Of a stretch of 64,000 nt of DNA, positions 30,464 through 42,400 are shown in pieces (within the stretch, counting starts at the first letter, position 1; every line of letters begins with the position of its first letter). The notes below the pieces were generated by a model. That model did no database searches and had not been told where the DNA came from. It saw only the letters and a list, made by a program, of their open reading frames with translations. This DNA is from Isosphaeraceae bacterium. GTDB taxonomy: Bacteria; Planctomycetota; Planctomycetia; Isosphaerales; Isosphaeraceae. Where the stretch lies: contig CBDAVP010000005.1 of NCBI GenBank assembly GCA_965201075.1, forward strand, positions 1 to 64,000, in the 5' to 3' direction. The position numbers and the translations under genes are program-made.

Positions 30464-31320
30464 ATGCGGGTCTTTCTCTTTGGGAACGGGCGACGGAGGC
30501 CGCCGAGGTGGTGCGGGCCGCCGTGGGTCCGATCCCTCCACTGGCGCTTGTGCTGGGCTCGGGGCTCGGGTCGTTGGTCGAGGGGATGACCGATCGGGTC
30601 GCTCTGCCCTTTGCCGAAATTCCCCACCTGGCCCAGACGTCGGCCGAAGGACATGCCGGAAATGTCGTGGTCGGAGGGCTGGGGTCGACACGGATTCTCA
30701 TTCTTCAGGGCCGCCTCCATCATTATGAGGGGCACGACTCGGATGCCGCGACCTTCCCGATCCGCGTCCTGGGCCGGCTGGGGGTCAAGACGGTGATCCT
30801 TACCGCGGCGGTGGGGGGTATTCGGTCTGATCTCAACCCCGGCGACCTCGTGGTTCTCAGTGATCACCTTAACCTCTTGGGCGCTAACCCATTGCGAGGA
30901 CCCAATGACTCGCGGTTGGGCCTTCGGTTCCCGGACATGACGGAGGTCTATTCGCCCCGGCTCCGGGCCATCGTGGCCACCGAGGCCGTGCGTCGTGGGA
31001 TGAACGTGAAGCTGGGTGTGTATGCGGGCGTCCCCGGACCGAGTTATGAAACCCCGGCCGAGGTCCGGATGTTGAGGACTTTGGGCGCCGACGTCGTGGG
31101 GATGTCAACCGTGACGGAGGCGATCGTGGCCCGTCATGAACGGATGGACGTGCTGGGGATCGCTCTGGTCAGCAACGCCGCGGCGGGTCTGACCGGTCGA
31201 CCGATCGGCCATGAGGAGGTGCTGGAGTCGGGGCGTCGAGGGGCGTCCGGGCTCGGGACGCTCCTGGAAGGAGTCGCGGCGAGAGTTATGGCGTCCACGC
31301 CTCCACTGACGGGGTCGTGA
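30460..31320 (+). CDS. punA: Purine-nucleoside phosphorylase (trimeric type)
   Basis: GTGA overlap start; VLGSGLG, GRLHHYEG, DHLNL..NPLRGPN, GPSYETPAE and VGMST. Confidence 0.93.
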   Translation: MNAGLSLWERATEAAEVVRAAVGPIPPLALVLGSGLGSLVEGMTDRVALPFAEIPHLAQTSAEGHAGNVVVGGLGSTRILILQGRLHHYEGHDSDAATFPIRVLGRLGVKTVILTAAVGGIRSDLNPGDLVVLSDHLNLLGANPLRGPNDSRLGLRFPDMTEVYSPRLRAIVATEAVRRGMNVKLGVYAGVPGPSYETPAEVRMLRTLGADVVGMSTVTEAIVARHERMDVLGIALVSNAAAGLTGRPIGHEEVLESGRRGASGLGTLLEGVAARVMASTPPLTGS

Positions 31321-31351
31321 AGCCACATACGGCCATTCCAGGGCGAATGAC

Positions 31352-31612
31352 TTACGCCAGGAACAAAAGTTCCGGGATGGGACCGCGGGCGGTGACCGAG
31401 CCGTCGGGGTGGGGCTCGGCTGGAGTGGTCCAGGTCGGGTCGAACTCTTGAGGCATGGCCCGCAAGGGGACCAGCCGACGGCTGCGGGCATCGAACTGGA
31501 CGGCCACGCCTATGAACTTGCGCCCCTCGGATTCCATCAAGGTGGCGACGGTCAGGGGGAACAGCTCGATCCGGTCTCGCTGCTGCCCGGCGGGAGTTTG
31601 CGTATAAAGCAT
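31352..31612 (-). CDS. Small hypothetical protein (86 aa)
   Basis: GAGG RBS before MLYTQTPAGQQ; occupies an otherwise empty gap. No family recognised. Confidence 0.5.
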   Translation of the reverse strand: MLYTQTPAGQQRDRIELFPLTVATLMESEGRKFIGVAVQFDARSRRLVPLRAMPQEFDPTWTTPAEPHPDGSVTARGPIPELLFLA

Positions 31613-31806
31613 GGATCGGCCTCGGGAGGAGGCGATGGGGCCAATGCGACATCGGCCGCCCACGCCTCACGGGCCCATCCAGGACCCGCCGAGGCGTCGT
31701 ATCGAACATCTTAGAAAAGCGTCGCTTCGGATGTCAACGGCCCGCGAGGAGGAAAATGGTCGATCGGCGGTGACAATCTCCCGCCTCAAGCGTTCCCTAA
31801 CGAGAG

Positions 31807-31836
31807 ACGGGGCGTAGGGTTAAACCCACGCCCCGT
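31807..31836. terminator. Strong hairpin downstream of the DUF1501 gene (probable terminator)
   Basis: ACGGGGCGT-A-GGGT-TAA-ACCC-ACGCCCCGT; no clear U-tract. Confidence 0.55.
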
Positions 31837-31859
31837 TGCATGCTTGGAGATCGGGTTTG

Positions 31860-33155
31860 TCAGGCGAAGAGTTCGGAAATGACCTTGCCGCCGTCAACGA
31901 TCTTGAGGGGACGACCCTGGGGGCTCAAGTTCTCCTTGGCCGGGTCGATTTTCAGCGACTGGCAGAAGGAACGAAGCAGGTCATTGACGGCCACGGGGTG
32001 ATCCTTCACCTCCGAGCCATCGGGCGAGGAAGCGCCCACGACCTGACCACCGCGGATGCCGCCACCGGCCAGGGCGACGTTGAAAACCCTGGGGAAATGG
32101 TCACGGCCGGCGTTGGGGTTAATCTTGGGCGTTCGGCCGAACTCGCCCATCCAGACAACCAGGGTCTTGTCGAGCATCCCTCGTCGCTTGAGGTCGGAGA
32201 CCAGGGTCGCGAAGCCAGGGTCGACGATCCCCGCGAGCTTGCCGACGGCTTCGTGGTTCTTCTGGTGGGTGTCCCAGCCTCCCATGCGGACCTCGACGAA
32301 CGTAACACCCGTTTCAACCAGGCGTCGAGCGAGGAGACAGCCTTGCCCGAACGCCGTTCGGCCGTAAGCGTCCCGCAGAGTGGAGTCTTCACCCTCCAGG
32401 TCGAACGCCTTCATTCGAGGCGAGAGGATCATGCTGGACGTCTGTCGGTAGAGCGTGGCGTGTTCCTTGACGCGATCGGCGCCTCCCCGAGCGGCGAAGC
32501 CCACGCGTTCCAGACGGTTCAGCAGGCCCATCCGCCGCCCGAAGCGGTCCGACGGCACGGCCGAGACGACGTTGGCCGGCGGCTTGAGTGGGTCGTTGAC
32601 CTGGAACGGTTCGTAGCCCGCGCCCAGGATGCCGGCTCCGTGGTTCAGACCGCTTCCGCCGATGGAGACGATGTGCGGCAGGTCGAAGTTTGGGTCGCCC
32701 AACTCGGCGGCGACCACCGAGCCGAAGCTCGGGTGCTTGACCGTGCCGCTGGGCGAGTATCCTGTGTGAAGCTGGTAGGCGGCTCGCTGGTGATTGCCTT
32801 CCTTGTTGGTCATCGAGCGGATGATCGCCACCTCTCCCATGACCTTGGCCAGTTGCGACCAGCCCTCGGCGATCTGAATTCCCGAGACGGCGGTGTCGAC
32901 CGCCTTGGTTTCGCCGCCGTGGTCGGTGCCCGGCTTGGGGTCGAAAGTTTCGAGCTGGCTGGGTCCGCCGTTCATCCAGAGCAGGATGCAGGCCATCTGA
33001 TTTTTGCGCAGTTCCTCGGCGTGGACGGCCATCAAATCGGTGAAACTGAGTGACGCCAGGCCGGCCGCGCCGAACCCCACGCCCCTCAAGAACCCGCGAC
33101 GGCCCAGGACCCCCTGGCCGTTGACCGCGACGTCCACGATGGTTTTCGTTTGCAT
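31860..33155 (-). CDS. DUF1501 domain protein (Tat signal)
   Basis: GRRGFL, ILLWMNGGPSQLETFDPKP, CLLARRLVETGV, GGWDTH, GEFGRTP and GRDH. Confidence 0.95.
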   Translation of the reverse strand: MQTKTIVDVAVNGQGVLGRRGFLRGVGFGAAGLASLSFTDLMAVHAEELRKNQMACILLWMNGGPSQLETFDPKPGTDHGGETKAVDTAVSGIQIAEGWSQLAKVMGEVAIIRSMTNKEGNHQRAAYQLHTGYSPSGTVKHPSFGSVVAAELGDPNFDLPHIVSIGGSGLNHGAGILGAGYEPFQVNDPLKPPANVVSAVPSDRFGRRMGLLNRLERVGFAARGGADRVKEHATLYRQTSSMILSPRMKAFDLEGEDSTLRDAYGRTAFGQGCLLARRLVETGVTFVEVRMGGWDTHQKNHEAVGKLAGIVDPGFATLVSDLKRRGMLDKTLVVWMGEFGRTPKINPNAGRDHFPRVFNVALAGGGIRGGQVVGASSPDGSEVKDHPVAVNDLLRSFCQSLKIDPAKENLSPQGRPLKIVDGGKVISELFA

Positions 33156-33283
33156 CGTCGTATCCTGGAAAAAAGGGGGTCGGTGTGTGAAACCGTGGCC
33201 GTCTGCCCGGAGCATACGCGGGTGGGAGGGATGGGGACTCGGCGGATGGCGACATGCGAGCCATCCGCCGTCCCAATCAATGC

Positions 33284-35062
33284 TCAACGTCGGCTGAGGA
33301 ATTCGGTGGAGTTGACCAGGGTCCAGAGGATGTCCTCGAAGCAAACCTTCCGGTCGAAGTGGCAGGCGGTGAGATGCCGGTCGCAGACCTCGACCTCGCG
33401 AGTCGAGGGGCGACGGGCGAGGACGCGGAGGTAGACCGCTTCCAGGGCCGACTGGTTGTCCGGGTGGCTGTCCAGGATTTGCCCGAGCATCGTGCCGGGA
33501 CGAGCCTCGATCGCCCGGTTGAGCGCCTGGCCGTTCATCAGAAACAACGACTGAGGGATGGTGCCGGTCACATCGTCGACGGGGGTGGAGGGATCAACGC
33601 CGAAGAGGGTGTTGAACACGTTTCGAGGGCTATTGCGGAGAAAGGCCGCCGCCTTGGGCATTCCCTTCGCACCCGCCGCCTTGGCCAGCCTCGCCGCGCC
33701 CGGTCGGGGAGCGTCCATCGGGGCGTCGAGGGCCTGCGAGAGAACGTCAAGGACCTGGTCGGACCGGAGTCGCCCGGCGACGTTGGCGGCAAAGGGAACC
33801 TTGCCCGCGCTCGAGCCGGAGGGGCGGAATTCTCTCTGATACGCCTTGGTCTTCAGGATCGTGCGATAAAGCCAGTGGACGTCATAACCACTGTCACGGA
33901 ACTGGGTGGCCAAGGCCTCCAAAACCGCCGGGGCCGTGGCGACGCGGTCCGGGCCCATGTCGTCGACCGGGTTGACGAACCCTTCGCCCAGCAAAAGGCC
34001 CCAGGTCCGGTTTACGAAGGACTTGGCGAACCACGGGTCGTCCTTGCTGGTGATGTACGAGGCGATCAACTCGTGACGGCGCTCGGACGAGAGCTTGGAG
34101 GGCGGCTTCTCCTGTCCAACCGAGGCGAGGAAAAATCGAGGCTCGACGGGGATCATCTTTTTGGGGTCGGCCTTGTCGGGCATGGTGTACTTGGGGACAC
34201 CTTTCATTGTGACCTGGAAGATCCTCGGGGCCTTTTTGACCGGCTTGGCCTTGGCCTTTTCGCCCTTGGCCTCTTCCTTTTTCCCGTCCGCCGAGGTTGG
34301 CTCGGGCTTGGCCTCGTTGGCGGGCTTGACGACCTGGAGGCGGGAGCCGGCGAAGAACGCGGCGAATTCGTGAAACTGCTCACGCTTCCAGGAGTCGGTC
34401 GGGTGGTCATGACACTCGGCGCACTGGATCTGGATGCCCATGAAGATCCGGGAAACTTCCCCGGCGAGTTCGACGGGCTTGGCGTCGTGGGCGGCGGTGA
34501 GGGTCGTCGCTCCATCCTCGCCGATGATGCCCGTGGCGGTGATGAGGTTCGTGGCCACCTTGTCCCAGGGGATGTTTTTGGCGTATTGGTCGGCGAGCCA
34601 GTCTTCCAGGATCGGAAACCGGACCTGGTTCAGATTTTCGTTGGTGGCTCGGAACTTCATGACGTCTCGCCAGAAGCGGGCCCAGTTCCGGGACGCGTCT
34701 CGGCCATCGACCAGGTGGTCAATCAAGCGGGCCCGCTTGTCGGCGGAGTGATCGCGACGGAACTCCAACGCCTGGGACGGGGTCGGGAGAACCCCGGCGA
34801 CATCCAGATAGACGCGTCGGAGAAATTCCTCGTCACCGGCAAGGGGGACGGGAGTGGTTTTGACCTCAGCCAGGTAATCCGCCAGCAAGGCGTCGACCCC
34901 GGCGGCGTCGAGGCCCTCCGTCGCGGTCGGGCTGACTGAGCGAACCGGCTTCGTGGCGTCGGAGGAATTGATCGCGGACTCGGCTGCTGTCCCATGCCGG
35001 ACCAATCCGGCGGAGACCAAGCCCAGCAGGCACAACCCTCGCAATCCCCAAATCCTGATCAT
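33284..35062 (-). CDS. DUF1549/DUF1553 (PSD1) domain protein with CxxCH
   Basis: Signal peptide; DEEFLRRVYLDVAG, IQCAECHDHP, VNRTW..GFVNPVDD, QSLFLMN and WTLVNSTEF. Confidence 0.95.
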   Translation of the reverse strand: MIRIWGLRGLCLLGLVSAGLVRHGTAAESAINSSDATKPVRSVSPTATEGLDAAGVDALLADYLAEVKTTPVPLAGDEEFLRRVYLDVAGVLPTPSQALEFRRDHSADKRARLIDHLVDGRDASRNWARFWRDVMKFRATNENLNQVRFPILEDWLADQYAKNIPWDKVATNLITATGIIGEDGATTLTAAHDAKPVELAGEVSRIFMGIQIQCAECHDHPTDSWKREQFHEFAAFFAGSRLQVVKPANEAKPEPTSADGKKEEAKGEKAKAKPVKKAPRIFQVTMKGVPKYTMPDKADPKKMIPVEPRFFLASVGQEKPPSKLSSERRHELIASYITSKDDPWFAKSFVNRTWGLLLGEGFVNPVDDMGPDRVATAPAVLEALATQFRDSGYDVHWLYRTILKTKAYQREFRPSGSSAGKVPFAANVAGRLRSDQVLDVLSQALDAPMDAPRPGAARLAKAAGAKGMPKAAAFLRNSPRNVFNTLFGVDPSTPVDDVTGTIPQSLFLMNGQALNRAIEARPGTMLGQILDSHPDNQSALEAVYLRVLARRPSTREVEVCDRHLTACHFDRKVCFEDILWTLVNSTEFLSRR

Positions 35063-35285
35063 GATCGTGCCCCATGTTGGACCAGTGGCCAGGTCGCCAA
35101 CTTTCCCGACCATCCCTCTACTGCTCGATTAAACCCCAACAGCGTCAGCCGGTTCCGCGCCGGCGGGAAATTTTCTCGGGAACGGCGTTCGGCTGAACTG
35201 AGAAAGGGGTTGGCGGGCCGTGAGGGCCATCATTACCATTACGGGGCCTCGACGCGGAAAAATCGGGTCCCGAGCGATCTCCCCC

Positions 35286-35948
35286 ATGAAGCGTCCCGCC
35301 TTGGTTTTCGATTTTGGAAATGTTTTGGCCTTCTTCGATTACAACCGTGCCGCGACGTCCCTGGGTCGCCCCCGGGGCCTTGAAGGGGCGGTTCTTCTGT
35401 CCCGGATGCGGGAAGGCGGATTTGTCAGTCACTTGCGAGAGTTTGAAGCCGGACGCCTCGATTTCCAGACGTTCGCGACGAAGGTGACGTCCAGGGTCGA
35501 TCTGCAGGTGGGGCACAACGAATTCGAAGCGGCCTGGTGCGATATCTTCACGCTGAACGACCCGGTTGTGCAGTTGGTGGCGGAGTTGAAAGGCGAGGGC
35601 TATACCCTGGTTCTCGGGTCGAATACCAACGATCCACATGCCCGACACTTCCAGACCCAGTTCGCCGAGGCGTTGGCCCCCTTCGACCGTCTGGTGCTGT
35701 CTTACGAAGTGGGCCACGTGAAGCCGTCGGCCGAGTTCTACCTGGCTTGCGCCCAGGCGGCGGGCCAGCCGCCGGGCGATTGTGTGTTCATTGATGATCT
35801 GCCTGAGAATGTCGAAGGGGCCAGGGTGGCCGGTCTGCAAGCCTTGCTTTTCCGGGACGTCGTTCAATTGCGACGGGAATTGCGGGATCTCGGGGTTGTC
35901 GTATCCCAGGGTTCAAAATCCGCGGGGATTCGGCCCGAGGGTATTTGA
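35286..35948 (+). CDS. HAD-superfamily phosphatase (YihX-like)
   Basis: VFDFGNVL, SNTN, SYEVGHVKP and FIDDLPENV. Confidence 0.92.
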   Translation: MKRPALVFDFGNVLAFFDYNRAATSLGRPRGLEGAVLLSRMREGGFVSHLREFEAGRLDFQTFATKVTSRVDLQVGHNEFEAAWCDIFTLNDPVVQLVAELKGEGYTLVLGSNTNDPHARHFQTQFAEALAPFDRLVLSYEVGHVKPSAEFYLACAQAAGQPPGDCVFIDDLPENVEGARVAGLQALLFRDVVQLRRELRDLGVVVSQGSKSAGIRPEGI

Positions 35949-36419
35949 CAAGCCGGCGCCGCGGGGAAGACTCAGGTTGAACCGCGCTCGGCGTTCCGAC
36001 GTCGGCCGCTGGATTCGCCCCCTCGACTCCCCTCCCCGATGCCCACCCTCCGCGAATCCCGGTCACGCCTTGCCGACGCACTCGTAAGGAATGCGTTCCG
36101 ACAGTGGGCGATGTGGTGATTCCGCCACATTCGTCACTCGGTTCAACGCCTTTCCCTCTTGCGAGAGAGTTGACAGTCAACGAAGGGTGCGGTCATGATC
36201 GAATTGACTAGTTGAGTCAACTTGCTCGATGCGATCGCCCCCATCCCCCACGTCTCGACTGGGGGCCAGGGCGCCGTCACTCCACGCACGCGGTTCCGAC
36301 CCAAAACAACCGAGACTGACCACCCAGGGTCCCTTCCCCCCGCCCGAACCGGGCGGTCATAGCCATGCCATGGCTGGGAACCGGGGCCCATACCTGGGAT
36401 TATTAAGGGGAGTGAGTCG

Positions 36420-39400
36420 ATGGCCAGCGACAAGAGGAAGGGCCAGGGTCCCACCCGACGACGAGTCTCGAAGCCTCTGGCGGACCTCACGGGGTTCGAG
36501 AGGCTGGAGCGACGCACGCTCCTGACGACTAGCCCCACGTCGCTGGCGACTTCGGCCGCGCTTCAGGGCGGGTTTAGCTCGCTGGTGGCGACCCCCTATG
36601 CCACGGCCGATACAATCCCTCCGAAGATCACCAATGTCTCGGCGACCGGACGGATCATCTTCATCCAGTTTAGCGAGGCGATGAACCCGTCCACCATCAA
36701 CACCGGCACGGTGGCCCTGTTGAGGCAGGACGGAACTGACCTGCTGCTCACCCCCGGCGTCGGTTTGACGTACAGCACGACTGGTAACTCTGCGGTCATC
36801 GACCTGTCGAGCCTACCTCAGACGGCCCTGCCCACCTCATCCTACACCGTGGTCGTCAGCGGCGACGCGACCGACACCTCGGGCAATCATCTGGACGGAC
36901 TCTATCAGGGCTATTTTCCCTCGGGCAACGGCGTGGCCGGTACCCCGTTCTGGGATAACCTGGGAACCATCACGCTGACGGCCCCCGTCGTCACTGGGCT
37001 CTCGATTGCCGCCGGCTCCGACAGCGGCGCGATCGGCGACGACAATACCGATATCACGACGCCGGTCTTCCAGGGGACCGTTCGGGCCAATTTCCCGCAG
37101 GCGACCGCCGGACTAGTGGTCGCCGTTCAGTTTTCCGGTTATCAGGCGAATAATCAAACGACCCTGAGCACCGGCGCGAATGGTCGGGGCATCAGCGGCT
37201 CGCCCGATTTCACGGTGGTGACCGACGCCAACGGCTTCTTTTCGTTCCAGGCGCCTCGAGCTTTGCCCAATGGTTCGCAGAGCGTCACTCTTGTCGTCAT
37301 CGGTCAGAACGACCAGCCGAATGCTCCGGCCAACTCCGGGCTGTCCTCGACCATCAGTCTGAATTTCCGGGTCGACACCACGACTCCCTACATCGAGAAC
37401 GCGTCCATTGCCAATGGGGCGTCCATCTCGGCACTCAATTCCTTGTCGCTGTTCGCGGTGGATCCGGTCTACGCGTCGACCCCATTCCTGGCGGTCCCAA
37501 CGTCGCTGAACTTCCCAGCACTTGAGACCGGCGCGGCCGACACGGTTACGAACTACGCGCTGTACAACGCAGGTCTGGACGGAGTTCCAGGCACGGCCGA
37601 CGATGTTGATTACTCCAGCTACATCCAGACGGCCAACTACGTCAACACGACCAACCGGGTCAAGTCTGATGATCCCTACACCGGACGAATCGACCTCACC
37701 TTCGCGACGGGTCTTCCTTCCGGAACTTACTTCTTCGTCGCCAAGGGTGTCGGGGGAGGAGGCCCCTTCGGCCTGGCGACCGCTCGTGGCCTGAGCGACT
37801 ATGCCGGCAACCCGCTGGATAACCGGATCAACCAGCCTTCTCAGGATTTCGTCACCTCGTTCACGCTTCAGCCGACGCCGGTCTATGTCACCAATTACCA
37901 GGCCATCAGCAACGATGCCTTCGGCCGTTACCAAGCCAATGGCACAAATGGGCTGATCTACAACCCCGCGGCCCAAATCATCGGCAACGGACCCAAAGCG
38001 GTCTATGAGATCCCGAACCAGGCCACCGAACCTCAGGCTCGGGCCGACGCCCCGCCTTATGGGATCGTCTTCGACTTCTCCAGCCAGTTAGACCCCAGCA
38101 CGGTTAACAACCAAACCATCCAATTGCAGTATTCACCCGATGGGGTCTTCGACGGGGCGGGCAACGACTCCACTTTCCTCACCACGACGACAGTGTCCCT
38201 CGGCTCGTCGATCAGTGGATCGGTCTCGGGTCAGCCGGGCTTCGATAACCGCCTGACCTTGCTGGTCGACTCCTCGACACTCAAGGCGGGCCACTACCGA
38301 GTGGTGATTGCCAACATCGGATCCCAGACGCTCCGAGATATCTACGGCCAGGCGCTTGACGGCGAGTTCATCGGGTCTCAGAACGCGGCCGGGGCCTACC
38401 AGACGCTCTTACCCGACGGGTCGATCCGCTACGGATTGTCGGGCGACGCCCAGGCTGGCGGTGGCTTTACCACGGGATTCCTGGTGGTTCCCACGGGCAA
38501 CGTTCTGTTCGCCCGGGCGGACTACACCAGCTACAGTGTCACCAGCCCGAGTTCCTCGACCTACCCCAATGGCAGCTATACCCAGCCATTCCAGGTCCTG
38601 GCGCCCCAGGCGACCACCACGGGCTTGAACAATGGCAACCTGAACGACCCCTCGCTCAACGGCTACGACCCCAACCAGGACCGGGCCCAGATTCAGCGGT
38701 TCGCCCCCTCGGCCTTCTATGCCGCTCAGGTGCTTTCGGCCAAGGGTCCCGTTGTCATTCAAGCGTTGCCCTCGCAGTTCAACACCACCCAGGATTTCAC
38801 CTTCAACCTGCCTCCTCGGGTGGTCAACGGCGTTCCACTCGACGGCAGCGCCTCGGTCCCCTACAACACGACCTTGATCTTCCAGGCCGGCGCGGTGGTG
38901 CGGCTGTTCAATGCCTCGCTGTTTGCCCAGAACCAGGGGACGGCCATTCAGGCCTTGGGTACGTCCAACCGGCCGGTGATCTTCACCTCCTTCAACGACA
39001 CCTCGATCGGGACGGCCTACACCGGACAGGATCCGCACGGCGGCGACTGGGGCGGTGTGGTTTACCGCAACTTCGACCAGAGCGGCGTCGCGGTGAAGAA
39101 CGCCACCCCGTCCCAAGCTCGTGACGACCGATTCCCGATCGATGGGTTGCTCAAGGGCGCGAACGGGGGCATCGCCCGGGCGGGTGAGGATGACGCGCTC
39201 TCCATCCTCAACTTTGTCCATCTGTCCTTCGGCGGTGGACCGGTGCCCCAAACACTCGGAACGCTGGGCAGCGGCTACGACGTGGTCGAACTGGTCAACA
39301 GCCGCCCAGTGTTGACGAATCTGGTCATCGCCAATAGCGGAACGACGAGTTCCTCGTCCGGGGCCACGGTCGCCCAGGCGGCCGTCGGGGCCGACTTCGA

Positions 39401-42400
39401 CTCGTTCCGCGAGGACGCCGTTGCCCGCGGTCCTTTGCTGCGGAATGACAGCTTCGTCAACAACAGCATCAACGGCGTTCTGCTCCGCGCTCAGGCCAAC
39501 GGTGCGGTCGAGCAAACCAATGCCATCTACTATGCGAACAACCCAACCTCCGCCGGGGGCGATCGCAACTTCGTCTTCGACGACCCGCTCCCCTACGTGG
39601 TGGCGTCGAACTTCCGCCTGGGAACCGAGTTCCAGTTCGACTCAAACAACGCCGAGTTCGTGGTCTCCAACCGGACCTATATCCAGCCGGGGATGCTCTT
39701 CAAGTTCGAGCGAGGCGCGGGCCTCGACGTCGACCCACTGGACGGCAGCGCCAGCTACTGGGCCGGCCAGGCCCTACACACGGGCGGCGAGGTCGATCGA
39801 CCGACCAGCCTCAACATCGGCGACCGGAACTACATCATTGGTTACGACGCCAATCACAACTACGCGCCGCTGAACCCTGACGGGTCGGTCAACTCGCAAT
39901 TCCTGCCCGATTCGGCCAACGACGCCCGTGTGCTGTTCACTTCGTTCTACGACGACAAGGCGACGACCACCTACACCAACCCCGCGACGGGGGTGGTGAC
40001 GACCATTGTGCCGGCCAACGACACAGCCAACCTTACGCTGGGGGGAACCCGCCCGGTACCTCCGGGCTTCGAGCCTTCGCCGGGCAACGTGCCCGACGTG
40101 GCTCGTTGGGGTGGCATTAGCCTCAGGTCCGGTGTTCAGGGAATCATCAACGACGCTCAATTCCAGTACGGCGGCGGCTCGGTCAACACCCTCGATGGAA
40201 CCATCACTCAGCGTGCGGTCCTCAACTTTCAGGACTCGCAGGGCATTTTTACTTCGTTCTTCGACCCGGTCAATCCCGACGCCCTCATCGGCGGCACCGG
40301 CACTCACGTGATGGTGACCAATAACAACTTTTACGACAACACCGATACGCCGATCGGGATCGACCCTGACGGATTGCTTGCCGCCGACCCCCTCCGCCCG
40401 CTCCTCTCGGGCAAGCCGTTCATTCGTGGCAACGTCCTGCAGAGGAACGACATCAATGGCCTGGGGATCGTAGGCACGCCCAATCTGGGCAAGAATCTCG
40501 TTTACTTGTTCGAGGGCGCGAATCTCGACGTCAATTCCGTTTGGGATCAATCGGACATCACCTACGTCCTCCGTGGCACGATCGTCCTGGATGGAAAAGC
40601 GCCCAAAGCTCCGTCCTCGACCTTCTCGGCCGAGATTCAGCCGGCCGTCACTCTGACTGTCCAGAGTTCACTGGCCAATACCTTGCTTCCCGACGGGACG
40701 CGGATCGCAGTCCCCGGCGAATCCACGATTGTCAAACTCCTGACGATCGACGGATATTCTCCCCCGGTGTTCTCCCTCACCCAGACGACTGCGGCAACCC
40801 AAAATACGAACCTCTACGGGGGTGCTGGTTTCATCGTCGGGGTGGACAACGGCGTCGACCCGCCTACCGAGCCTCTGCTGGACGGGGGACTTGAGAGCCA
40901 GATCCGTTTTCTCGGTATCGGCGGGAATGAATCAACCGGCCAGTCTCGTGTGCCGGTCGTACTGACCTCATTGCATGACGACTCGGTTGGGACGACCGTC
41001 CGCGGCGTCACGATGAACCAGGCGGTTTACAACCCGACCAACTCGCCCGATCGGGTTTTGGTGCAGGCGCCGGCGGCCGGCGATGGCGGAGTCATTTACA
41101 TCGGGGCGAACTCGCTCTTCACCTACAACCTGTTTGACAACCGCGAGGGCAGCCGTATCGACAACGTTGACCTGCGGTACATGACGCGGGTCGAGTATCA
41201 GGATGGCGGGATCGCCGATACCTTCACGAGTTCGACGAAGACCGACGGGAATGTTCTGATCGACGACCTGTTGGGCAACACACCGGCGACCCAGAACAAC
41301 GCCCAGCGAAATTCCGCGATCACGAACTCCAATTTCTCCAACTTCAGCAACGTCGGGATCGTCGAGCACGCTGGGTTCGGCTCGATCATCCGCACGATCA
41401 CCGAAAACGCCGACGGGACTTTCTCCGCCAGCGGGTATTCCTCGCCCCACATCAGCCCCACCTTCGGCGAAGAGGGCGGGACGCTCTACGTCGCGAACAA
41501 CACGTTCAGTAACATCCCCATCGGAATTCAGATTCTCGGAACGTCTGATCCGGCGCAGCCCGACCTCACGCATCCGGCCTTCGTCGGATCCTCGAACCTC
41601 GTGGCCATCTACAACACGTTCTACAACGTCCCAACGGGAATCCAGGGGGCGGTTGGCAGCGGCGGTGCGGGCGGACCAGTGGGCTCCATCCTGGCGATGG
41701 ACAACATCTTCAGCAATTCCACCACCGCTTCTCTGACCACCGCTCTCCAACTCCCGATGTTCAACGGAACTTATTTCTCAGGCATTATCGGGCAGAGCGC
41801 GGCCCAATACAATCTCTTCAACAACTCCCCCTTACCGGCCTTCACGGCCGCGTTCTCTGGCGGCCCCTCCGCTCCCACCCCGGCGATCACCGGCGATCCG
41901 TTGTTCGTCAACCCGGCGAACGGAGATTTCCAGCTCAACCAATTCTCCGCGACTGGTGTCCCATCGGCGGCCATCGACGCGGCCCGGAGCGAACTCTCCG
42001 GGTTCTTCGGCGGCCTACTTCAACCTATCGCCACCCAGCAGGCGGACATCCTGGCCACGCCCATCCGCAACGCGACCAATAACAGCAATGATGAGTCCTT
42101 CACGTTCCAGAGCGTCATCGGCAGCACGTCGCTAGTGGCGCTGGGGGGCCTGGCTTCCCGCACGTTCCTCGACCAGTTCATTGCGGTCCTGCCCGGTACG
42201 CCAGGAGCCTCGCCGGGCGTTGGCGGCGATGGGGCGGTGAACTGGTTCCTGCCCGTCGGCGGCGAGCGTGATCAGCGGGGCTTCCTCCGCCAGGACGATA
42301 CCAACGTTCCCAACGTCGGGTTCGGTGCTCAGCCGTTCTTCGACCTGGGTGCCCAGGAGTATCGCCAGCTCTTCCCCCCCGAAGTCACCGCAGTCCTGGC

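Noticed and set aside
27253..31320. upp-pdp-nupC-PNP cluster as a novel system
   Set aside because: Ordinary nucleoside salvage operon.
33254..34939. 561-aa plus-strand ORF
   Set aside because: Antisense to the DUF1549/1553 gene.
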